Shown piece by piece: positions 1-11,105 of a stretch of DNA of 64,000 nucleotides. Numbering within the stretch: position 1 is the first letter of the stretch; every line of letters begins with the position of its first letter. Below the pieces are notes generated by a model. That model saw nothing but the letters and a program-made list of their open reading frames with translations, ran no database searches and had not been told where the DNA came from. Source of the DNA: Dimorphilus gyrociliatus (lineage: Eukaryota; Animalia; Annelida); NCBI GenBank assembly GCA_904063045.1, contig CAJFCJ010000013.1:1098156-1162155 (forward strand). The letters are read 5' to 3'. The translations under genes were made by a program, and so were the position numbers.

Positions 1-3000
1 GCGAGGGTACTATTCTTACTCTGTTGGAAATAGCCCTAATTAAATCTCTTGTGTGCTTAAGATTGAAAGCTTTTAAGATGGCGCATGTTTCATCTGAAAA
101 ATTTCCCGAATCAATCCATTCTTCGTAATCTATTACATAATCGTAGGGCGTTAATCCTTTAACATCCTTTATATTGCAGTCAGCTCCCTTTGAAATTAGA
201 TATGAAGCGGCAAATCGATTGTTCACTTGACAAGCGATATGCAAAGGTGTAACAGCATTATATTCAGCAGCCGCTTCAATTTCGGCTCCACTTTCAACAA
301 GAACTTCTAAAAGGTCATTGGAATTTGTTACGGATGCAGCGTAATGCAATGCTGTATAGCCACTTCCCTCGTAAATATGATTAGGATCCGCTCCGTATTT
401 GATAAGTAGTTTAATGGCTCTAATTTTTTCGCTAACTTTTATTTTTTCCGTAATAATTCTTTGAATTAATATTTCTGGCTCTGACCTCTTTAAAAAGAAC
501 TCTCGCTCTAAGAGCCATTCTGCTGCATTTAAATAGTCATTAGCCAAAGCTAAATGTGGTAAGCTAGGTGGATTTCTATCCTCCTCATCGGCCAACGACT
601 TCAACATTTCATCTCCGCCCTCAGCCTCCATTAATATCTTTATTAGATCTACTCTCCCCTGCATTGCACAACAATGAATTGGAAGTAACTTTTTATGATT
701 GCGAACTGTGAGCTTTGCTCCAATTTTAATTAGGCCGTCAACACAATTGACCGCCGATGGTTTTCCTGTATCACCATAGCATTTTACATGCAATGGGGTG
801 TTACCGTCGAAATCAGTTATATCCGGTTCAGCTCCAGCAGCCGTAAGTACGGAAAGGGTATCGGCATCTTTAGCCCTATGTAGAGCTACAGCTCCCTTAT
901 AATCCAATAGATTAATGTCTAATCCGACATTTAGCAATTTCCGTATCAGAGATTTTTCGCCGAAATAAGCGGCCGTGTGTAGAAGCGTACTACCATTTAT
1001 AAAACGGCTTCGTAGACTACATAAGCGTTTCTTTCCACTAATATGATCCTCGAAAACTTCGTTTAAAGCTTGCGAATCACCCGACATAATAAGAGGTACA
1101 ATTGTTGAATAGCGCCTATATATTTCTATAAGAGCATCTCTAAATTCGTCGTTTTTGATCGTATCAAAAGCCGTTCTATTCTTTTCATCTTTTAAATGAA
1201 CATCACATCCCCATTCAATTAATAAATGAGCTGTCCTTTGATGTAAGCCCTCAACCGCTGAAAATAGGGGCGATTGACCTAAAAGATTCTGTTGATCTAT
1301 ATTGGCCCCGAACTCTAAGAGAATGCCAACCATTTCTGTATGACCAAGCCTAGCGGCTGTGTGTAAGGGAGTATTTTTTGCAGGACCATCTTTACAGTTT
1401 ATGAAAGATGGAGTACTACGAAAGAACGAGACCATTTTCGTTAAAGTTTCATTATCATTATCCTTAATGGCTTTAAGAAGTATTTTATACCATGTTGAAT
1501 GACTACTAGGGAATACTTGATAAAGAAAGATTGTTCCGGCTCTAAGTTGCTTATTTTTTGATTGTGCCTCAAAGAACACCTAAAAATAATAGCAGGAATA
1601 AATATATAAATATAGGAGATGTTGTTGTCTTTACTTCGTATTGATCGAAATGTTTAGGATTTATATCGGCTGTACCAGAATGAGAAAGCTTTAATATCTG
1701 TTTAACAACATTATTTGATGAATCTGTAAGAAAATCAAAAACCAATGATTATTAGAGCGAAAAGGAAGATAAGGAAAATTTACTTTTTGTACTGGAAAAA
1801 TTGTCAACAAATTCACCAGAAATAGCGCTATCGTTCTTTTCATCATGCCGATTTAGGTGTATAACACATTTCCGACCTTCCGTAAATGTTTCTCTAGATT
1901 CTAACAAATAAAAGCCACTTCCGTTGGTTAATGTCTAAAAACGGAGGAACACGAATGATCAAGAGCAAATACTATATTATTAAAAAGAAATACTAACCAA
2001 ATTAATACCCATTGAGAGGCATAAATCTCCAACCGTAAGACTCCTTGGGACATTAACTTTACAGAATTTCTGTCTCATTAACAGCCGAATAGTATCTTGA
2101 GTCTAAATACAGATAAAAGAAAAATGAAAAAGATAATGAACAAAATAGATATATGAAGATATAAACACCTTTTTTTGAACTTGCTCAACGTGTTTAATCC
2201 ATTTTTCGCTGAATTCTATGTCGAACTTATTAGATAATTGTTCCAATTCTATAAAATCATTAGAGTGTAGTGTTAAATTATTATGATTAAATAAATAAGT
2301 ATCTGAGAAATATATACTGTATATATATATATATAAATTTATATATATAAATATAATATATATAGAGCATTATATAAAGTATTGAACTAACAATAATAAA
2401 AGCAAATTCTAACCATTAGATAAAGTTTACAGAAAGGATTTATCTATTCATCTTTTCTATATTTTAAAACGTAAATGTACAGCGTACTTACCTCGTTCTT
2501 TAGCGTATAATTTAGGGCTAATTTCTCCTGTCAAACTACCATCAGAGATTAATTCGTTTCGAAATCCTCTGATAGCTCGTTTTATTGACGTCTGTATTGA
2601 AATTATAGGTTAAGAGTTTGGATTACATCTGTTGTTTATATATAACGTCAAAGGTATGATTAAATAAAAAAAACTTACTGATTTAGCCGCTACTACTTTA
2701 CATTGTTTAAATTTGTAAGCCAGCATGAAGAATGCTAGAAAATAGGCTGTAAGACTCTTACTATCGCCTTCCACTAGATCTTCCGAATCGAAAAGGCTAT
2801 TTGAATAGAACATTTCTTCGGCAGTTTTTAACACACAATTCATTGTCCATCTATCATTTAAAAGTATCTCTGAAGTGAATGTATTTGGAACGAACGAATT
2901 AAGTAAGGCACATAAAATCCTAGAATCTGATAAATCATCAAGGCTATCACAATGTAACTTTAATCCTTCGTTAGTGTGTTTTAATTGAGTATTTACTAGT

Positions 3001-3692
3001 TCGAGAATGCAGTCTTGCGGTGGAGGAAATTTATTACGTTTTACTTTTTTAAAGCGTTTCATAAAATCGACTTCGGGAAATCTTTCGTAATTGTTTGATT
3101 CTTTGTCATCGTCGTTATCCTCATTTACATATTCAATATTAAAACTAGACGCACCAAAACCAGATAATAAATTTTGAGTCTTTTTGACCGTTCGCTTAGC
3201 TTCTGGAGGTGCATCTGGTACCCAACGGAATACATGCTCTAATAGAATATCGTCGCTTTGTTGAAGGAATTCTATACGCTCCCACATTAGTCTGGCGTCG
3301 TGAGAGAGAAGACGCCAGAGCAAGTCGAATACATGATCAGCACTTTTCATTGCAAATAGTCTATAGTCAACCAAGACGTCATCCGAAAGAACTTTAAATT
3401 TTTTCAATTCGTTTACTAACCATTCCACTCTTGTTATCTTCTGTTGCTGAGTTAGTTGATCCAGACTATCGACATTCGATGGCGATTTTCCAATAAGACT
3501 TTCGACTAAACATTTTAAATTTGTTCCGGATAACAAATCCATTAGGACATTGTTCATAAGGTTATCATACGGCTTTAATCTGAGATTAACCCAACTGGTA
3601 TATCCTCTGATCTTTGTCTTAAGCGACATTATTCTGTCTTTAAGATAGCGTTTATCTAAGATAAGTCGAAAATTGTATAATTTACACGACAA
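1..3692 (-). CDS. Calponin-homology-like + ankyrin-repeat protein (3' end runs off the window)
   Basis: Spliced exons 2679-3692 (likely ATG at 3629, MSLKTK), 2492-2591, 2169-2302, 1998-2102, 1784-1934, 1635-1723 and <1-1579; all GT-AG with matching phases. The N-terminus resembles CH domains (GYTSWVNLRLK...DLLSGTNLKCLVE; DDLSDSRILCALLNSFVP). The last exon has clear ankyrin repeats (NTPLHTAARLGHTEMVGILLEFGANIDQQNLLGQSPLFSAVEG) and the frame stays open to position 1. Confidence 0.85.
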
Positions 3693-3894
3693 TTTTCACT
3701 CCTAAGACCAGCCAACGACAGATTATATAACTCATCGATCAAAATTTCTTAAATAACCTAACTCCTATATGATTATTATTAACACGTCCATGCCGGTCTG
3801 TGGGATTGTAAACAAACACAGGACGACATATTCTGCCATCTATCGTTTAAAAATTCAAGTATATTTCTATAGTTACAAACCAAAGATGAAAATA

Positions 3895-6067
3895 TTATCG
3901 CATAGATTTATTATCTTTTTTTTTTTTCAAAATATTTTTTCGATTTTCTTCATTGTTTACAGTCCATTGTCCTAGGCTGTTGTTGGCGTAGTAGTCCATC
4001 GGGTATTGATCTTGCCAGGCAACGCATTCAAGTGCGACCGACAACTGTTGAAGAGATAAAGCGATATATTAACGAACGGTATACTTCTGTTTATAGTAAC
4101 GGCCTACATAAATGTATGAATATGCATAATAAATTAAAAAAGAAACATATAAATGAAAGGGAAGAACTAATGAATGCTTGTTTAATCATTTAAACCTCGT
4201 TTATTACCTCGTAGGGGGTAAGGACCGGCTTTTCGAAAGATGAACCCCAATCAATAGACAATCTTGGACATGCAACTTGAACCCACCTTTAAATAATGCA
4301 TTTAAATAAAGCTAATGGCGGGATATTTTGATTTTTAGTAACTTACGCGTCCACTTTATTAAATTCTTTGAGCTTATAAGGAAATAATTCAGCTAAAAGG
4401 ACCATAACACATTTACGTCCACTGTCCTCGATTTTTTTCTTTAAGTACTGCAATAAAAGCAATTCACTAAGAAAGTCGATTTCGCTGATTCTTATATATT
4501 GAATTTTTAATAGATTACTTCGGTTACTGGTCGAGATCCTTGTCTACCTAACGTTCCCTGGATTACAGCTATAGTTTTTGACTGCGATGCTGCTTTTATA
4601 GCATTTTGTCTAATTTTGTGCATTAATTCCGTATCATAATATTCCCGTGTAATCTCTTTACTATAGGGATCGTATCTAGTTAATAAAAATGTGAAGTTAA
4701 TTATAAAAAGGATATCCCAGGTAGTTTAATAAGGATTTAACAATTCTTAATTACTTGTAGGCAGCTATCTCCGGGTTAGCAATCATTACAGACTCCATGT
4801 GAAATCTTCCATCTCCCAGATATCTATATCATTGGTAGAGAAAAAGGAAAAGAAAAAGATATTTTAATATCTATTCTACCAATTTTAATACTATCACTAT
4901 AAAAACCAACATTAAAGCATCAACATCCTTTGGTAATTTGGGAGAAGTGCAACCGAGAATTTCCCCAGGAGATAAAGGTTTTGCTTGAGGTATCGTTACT
5001 TTATAACCTTTATTGGTAAAAATATCAGTGCAGGACTGAAATATGATAAAAAGAAATAAGGTATATCAAAAAGAGAAGAAAACATTATTCATTATATATA
5101 TATATATATATATATGCAGTATATATATATATATATACATGTATATACTGTATATAGATATCCTTACGTGCACAGAATTGAGAAATTGTATGGTACTGAC
5201 GAAAGCCAAGTGTTTCTTTGAATTGAAATTTTTAGTAACACACTGTACAAAATGGTTTGTATCCAGGTCAATGGTAACAAAGACGTATAACATGTTTAAT
5301 CCTTCAGTCTTTTCTATGGGAACTATAGTTGAACAAAAAATAATAACTATAAAATGTTTTTTTTATTCTTTTCCAGTTGGTAGGTTACCTAAACAACTAT
5401 GACCGTAATGTACCATGAAATCACAGTCTAGGCCTCGAGCAGTAAAATCATCAATACAGCATGCACCATAAGTAACATCCCCCATTATAAAGGTCGTAGC
5501 TTCTGTATATCTATAGGAAAGTAAAGGATTTTATGTATATTAATATATATATATATTAATAAAGATAGAGAAAGAATGATGAGAAATACTATGCATAATA
5601 GTTGGTTCTTAATTATGCTAAATGACTAGTTAAAGCAAAAATTAATATATTTACTCTTCTATTATATCCGCTATGGTCAATGAGAACATCAGTAAACCCT
5701 CGGGAAATTGTAAAGCGACTGTATAAATGAAGATAGAATATGTATTTTAGAAGATTCCCTATTAGATTTAAACATTGTGACACCTTTTTTGGCGTTTGTT
5801 GATTTAATTCTCCATATAGTCTTATGAATTTCAAAATTATAGTTGTGTGGTAACTTTTCCATAGCCTTGTTTAATTGAGGATTTTCTAATATTTCTGGTG
5901 GAATCATGCGTGAACGCAGGGCACCTTCTAAAAAGGAGATTAGAATGCAAAGTGATGAAAAGTAATGAAAAATTATTAAATTGAATGTTTTTACTTTTAG
6001 GACCATAAGTTTTTCTAGCTGGATTAGCTGCTACAACTGAACATCCTTCCTTTTCGCACGTACTCAT
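3895..6067 (-). CDS. DPH1: Diphthamide biosynthesis protein 1 (2-(3-amino-3-carboxypropyl)histidine synthase subunit 1)
   Basis: Multi-exon model from ATG 6067 to TAA 3895-3897. Family motifs seen: [100 protein letters not shown]. Confidence 0.96.
5093..5157. repeat. (TA)n microsatellite in a DPH1 intron
   Basis: Directly visible. Similar (TA)n tracts occur at ~2311-2363, 7266-7281, 22057-22078, 22730-22750, 43640-43660 and 50458-50498. Confidence 0.9.
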
Positions 6068-6164
6068 AATTATATCTGGTATATTGCAATGTATAAGATC
6101 ATTAAGCAAAAAAACGTGGTTGTTTACAAGCTGACTAGGAATTCCCAGGAAGTAAGTAAATCCG

Positions 6165-6172
6165 TGACGTCA
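6165..6172. promoter_or_regulatory. Perfect CRE palindrome TGACGTCA ~100 bp upstream of the DPH1 ATG
   Basis: Exact motif, adjacent to TTCCCAGGAAGT (STAT/ETS-like). Function is inferred only. Confidence 0.45.
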
Positions 6173-6847
6173 TAATAAAATTTTAGTCTATCTTTTACAT
6201 CAATACTTTAGGCTAAGTTACGAATCGGATAATCATGCTTGAACTCTGATTACATTTAAGGCAAAAATAGCCTTTTAGCGATTTAATCTGTATATAATTA
6301 TTACAAACGCCTTAAAATAGAATGAAGTATTGAATTATTGAATAGTAAACCTCTCCCCCCTCCCTTATTAATTTAAATATGATCATGTGTTTCTCTTAAT
6401 TAATTCTGAAATGTTTTTATTTCCCTAATGCAATTATATAAAAAGCAGAATAAACGATGCCTTTTACATTAGGAATGTCAAAGAACTTAGCAAACTTAAT
6501 TAATATTTATAATTAATAAAGTTTTATAAATTTGCTTTAAATCCCTTTTAAAGTGCTACCTTTTAATCAATCGATTTATAACGCCACCTGAAGTTTGATT
6601 CTACAACTAAATCTTATAAAATTGTCAGTTTAATTCTTTTTTAAATCTCTTAATTGAGTTATTTTTATCAAAGAAATAAGCTAATTAAAACAAAAATAAA
6701 CGACTAAGTGTATATTGAAACAACTAACAAAGATACTTTAATTCATATCTTTAGTCTCTATTTTAGGTGTCAAATTAAAAAAAAAAAAAGAAAAAGATTG
6801 CTTTGTGTAACGCTTTCTCTCTCAAATTAAGGCGGAGAAAATAATTA

Positions 6848-7773
6848 TTATATATTGGGCGTAAAGGGATTCCACCCATTTTTTACCCTCTAAAATGCAA
6901 ACAATAGTAAAGTAGCAAAATATCTATTATACATCAATAGAAAAAGGAAATCAAGGATATATAGTATATTTATTATATTAAACATAGAATGCTTTATACT
7001 TCTTTTTTTATAGACCTTAGACATTGACCTATATATTTTTATATTCATATATACTGGTAGAATGGAATTATAGGTCAACTTTACCTGAAAAAGGGGGCGA
7101 GCGCTTTTCTCCTTTTTATAGTTTATAGAAAAGACATATTTCTTGTTTGAAAAAAAAATTCGTATTATTCTTTCAATATGTGATATAAAAGTGTAAGTTC
7201 AATAGTTACAGAATTCAATAGTTCATTCAAAATTCAAGAACATTCGTATTATAAATGCATGCATTATATATATATATATATTATGAATATTTATGAGGAC
7301 GTCAGTTATACCTTTTATTATTACTTCTTTAAATTTTATTATTAAATCTAAGTTAGGCAAAAGAGTTTAAAAAATTCAAAATCTTGCTTTACATCCTATT
7401 AGTTTATTACAAGGAAAATTTGTCTATAATAATCATAGTGATAGTAATGAAATGAGGGAGAGAGATGTAAAAATTACTGTTTTAATAGATTATAAATGTA
7501 CATATTGTATATGCAGTATATACAGTATATGTATATCAATTTTAGGGAAAAAAAACCAATCAGAATCAAAATAAAAAATAAAAAAAACCCAGATGTTTCA
7601 TTTTTTTTTCCATGGAAGACAAAAAATTGCTTTAACTCTCTGATCAATGGAAAGATAGGCTGAACGGTTCAAATAGTTGCTCTTGTTACTTCTTTTGTTG
7701 AGGAGGAGGGGGTGGAAGGGAAGTGAAAGGCTTATTGTTAATAGAAGGGAGAATGGCGCAGGATTCTTACCAT
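6848..7773 (-). CDS. Candidate three-exon micropeptide MVKLTYNSILPRVKNGWNPFTPNI (24 aa)
   Basis: AAAATG|gtaaga (ATG 7771-7773); ccctttttcag|7055-7084|gtatat; tttgcattttag|6848-6889 ending TAA; all phase 0. No homology recognised. Confidence 0.3.
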
Positions 7774-8608
7774 TTTCAATACACACATACATATACCGTC
7801 ACACACACATGGCCGAAATATACCAATAAACTTCTTTTGTCTGACTAAATTCAGTTTAAAATGATTCATTCAATCATTCTTCTGTCTATCTAAAGGAAGA
7901 TCTTTTTGTTTCTTGGAAATTCCGATTTTATTTTCTTACATCCAGTTAATCTATTACTGAGAGTACTTTATAGGAGAATATACCAAACAATCCCTTACTA
8001 AATAGTGACTTATCTGTAAAATGGAAGCAAATATATATAATATTACCATCAACTTAAGAGTGTCAAATGATTAAAGAATGCTTTAAACATCAAGTCTATA
8101 TATAAAGTACATCTTTCCTATGCAAAAAAATCAATAATGACGCAAATGTTGCAAAGAGAGAGAGAGAGAGAGAAAAGTATTTAATTAAAAAGAAATAACA
8201 TTGCTCTATAATTGTCATTGTTTCCTTCTATTTCGTTTTTTATATCTCACTAACACTCAGACTAAACTAGGGATTTAGATAATGTTGTATAACTTACTTT
8301 TAACCTTTAAAATCTTATCTTATCTAAAAATAATAAATTTTGTATTTTTCCTCGTATGTAATATTACCGAATCGAAATCAGAAATATGATAATTTTTACC
8401 ATAAATAGAATATTTTCATTTGCTTATCAAGACTTTTTTCTTTGTTTTTTTTTTTAGATATATACATTTGTCAAAGTTGATTCTTTATACAAAATTTTTT
8501 TTATTATAATACTAAAAGGAATAACTTAAAGAAATTACTGTACATACTATAAATAAATACTACAAATATACATTTATATATACTAAAAATAGTTGGGAAA
8601 ACGCCTTC

Positions 8609-8616
8609 TGACGTCA
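8609..8616. promoter_or_regulatory. Perfect CRE palindrome TGACGTCA in the DPH1-CREB3L intergenic region
   Basis: Exact motif in a GC-elevated island (8590-8640) within AT-rich DNA. Confidence 0.4.
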
Positions 8617-10497
8617 CGATATACTATAGTCTCGGGAAAGAAGGTTACTAGACAAAAATCTGAACTTACTATTTCTCAGTTAGTCGTGTTGGGCAAATAG
8701 CCAAGTACTAGTCTGTACAATCATACAATTTTACTAACCTAGATTCGCTTTATACCAATAAAATCAATCATATGATGTTAATATAGATTTTTAATTTCAA
8801 CAGCTACATAACAATCTCTTAAACGTCTTATTAATTTTTGCTTAACATTAATTATAGATGGGAAATAATCATTTTCAGTTTAGTTCATTTTTCTTTTCAG
8901 TAGATAAATATCGAGAAAATAGAATAACGTACTTAGCGATCTTAAATATTTACGATTATACAAACACAAAACCCTATAACTTGTTCGTGCTGAATATGTC
9001 TAGAGATCATCGGCTTTTTAAATAAGAACTACGTAATAATTTTATTCTGAGAAATATTCACACAAGGAAAAGATACTGTTTTTTTGTAAGAAGGAACTAG
9101 AATTAACAAAATATCCCTTTCCTTTTCATCATTTAATTCTAAACAATTCCTATTGCTTATCTTTTTTTATAGATTATTTAATTTATTAATTCCCAATTGA
9201 AATCTGTTAAAATTAATCGTTGCTTTTATGTTTAGACGCCTCTATTGTATAAATATCTTTCTTTTTCAATAACATCTCAATAAAACATAGAAGTTTGCAC
9301 TTTACAAGCTGTTTTTTTATATCAAATGAAAAGGAATTATTAGTTTCTGGTTAAAGCCTTTGAATTGTTCTCAGTTATCCGATAAGAAAAGTTCGAATAA
9401 CAGCCAATGTTACTAATGTTCTAGTTGATATGTAAATAGTAAACAGATTCAAAATACACCAATCGTATGATTACTTTAAATCTAACTGATTAAATTTTTT
9501 TATCCTTATCTATCTCAGAATTGTAAAAGGATGATAACTGTATCCTTGTACTTTCTTAATAATAATACAAATAAAGTGCAAAATAGACAAATTCTTACTT
9601 AGACAAACATTGGCTTAGAAAACCGTTTTAGAATTAAACTGTATTTCAGACAAATGTTTATTAAAGATAAAAACTCTTCCGGTCATTTAACTTAACTGTC
9701 TTTTAAATTATAAACATTTCTAATACTTCTGATACCGTATAAGATTTTTTATAGAGGTAATGAAAAGGAGTCGGCCTAACTGAACTTACTGAGATTTATT
9801 TATTGGCCTAAAAGTGTTCTTCTCTGAAAGCTTCGTGTATCATACTTGCCACCATGAATCACATAGTCTCTAGTAATTTTTATGTATTCTTACATCTGTA
9901 GAAATACGAGCCGGAACTAATAGCTTTTGCAGATAAGGAGTTAGGTCGTTGACTCGACAGTTGGTGATATTCCCTCTTTTCAATTTTTATATACATTAAT
10001 ATTAACAAAACTATCATAATTCAATAACATACGGAAAAATGTAAACAAGTGAATTTACGTTATATTAAATGCTTTTAACTATAAAATAGCAATCCCATAT
10101 CATGCGCAGGAAGTAGGATAAATTTTACATAATTAGAAGATGAGAATGAGAGGCCGAATTAGAGAGGATATCCTCTCTCTTTTTTGACAATGATTATTAA
10201 GCGTGTTATTTCTATGAGAGAATATGATATTTTTCGTCCAAATTATAAACATTGTTTTTTAATATATCATATAAATAATAAAAATTAAACGAGGGGCCAA
10301 GGCTTTTTATGTATATTTTTGAGTAGTTTCATCGGCGGCTGTTAATTTTGTCGTGTCTTGAATTTATTTATTCTCTTTTACTGATGAAATATTATTCATT
10401 TTTACAATTTTTACATCTTCAAAATGGTTACAGCGATTAAATAAAGCAATGGAAACGTCTATCTATAATAAATATGAATTATTTAATAAGTCCGTAG

Positions 10498-10560
10498 GCT
10501 CCCGCCCACCCCTCTTCTAATTATTGGTAAATCCTATGACGTCATTGGCGAAGCGCGCAA
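10498..10560 (+). promoter_or_regulatory. Proximal promoter of the CREB3L-like gene: GC box, CCAAT boxes and CRE
   Basis: CCCGCCCACC at ~10501, ATTGG at ~10523 and 10544, TGACGTCA at 10537-10544, just upstream of the putative first non-coding exon (donor gtaagt at 10720). Confidence 0.55.
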
Positions 10561-11105
10561 ATAATAAACGTTCTTTTGTTTTTGACTGCTGTTTTTTAGC
10601 AGTTTTCGAGAGGAATCACCCTCTAATGGACCACCCCTTGAAGATATAACTACTCTATTTAACATATCGTCGGTCTTTTGAGCCCCAGACACGGAGCGTT
10701 ATACAAGTTCTCTTACACAGTAAGTACATTTTCACATATGTGTTTTCCTTTTGGTCTTTTAAGGGCTTTAGCCGGCATATGTAAACTTATACCTATCTTA
10801 TTTCAGGCAAATTATTGAAACAAAAACAACATTTTCACTTCTCAGAAGGACACGGCTGAAGAAGTGAATTTGAAAATTGAAGAGGGTATGTATTTTTTAT
10901 ATTTTAACTTCATGTTCCGTGCATAAAAGAAAATAGAGCGACGAATTAAAAATATAGTTCGCGTAAGAATACATCAAAATACCGGTTTCAGCGCTACCTA
11001 GCGTCCTTTTACACCCAACAAATCGAGAAGAAACTCACGAGGTTGGGGTTAAGACAGATTTTTCGAACCCCACGAGGACTTAAGGCAATTGGACCGGACT
11101 GGAAC

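Noticed and set aside
5043-5402. ORFs rich in IYIYIY/YIYI (also 43488-43751, 50335-50602, 54677-55168, 54697-54909)
   Set aside because: Translations of (TA)n microsatellites in introns or UTRs.
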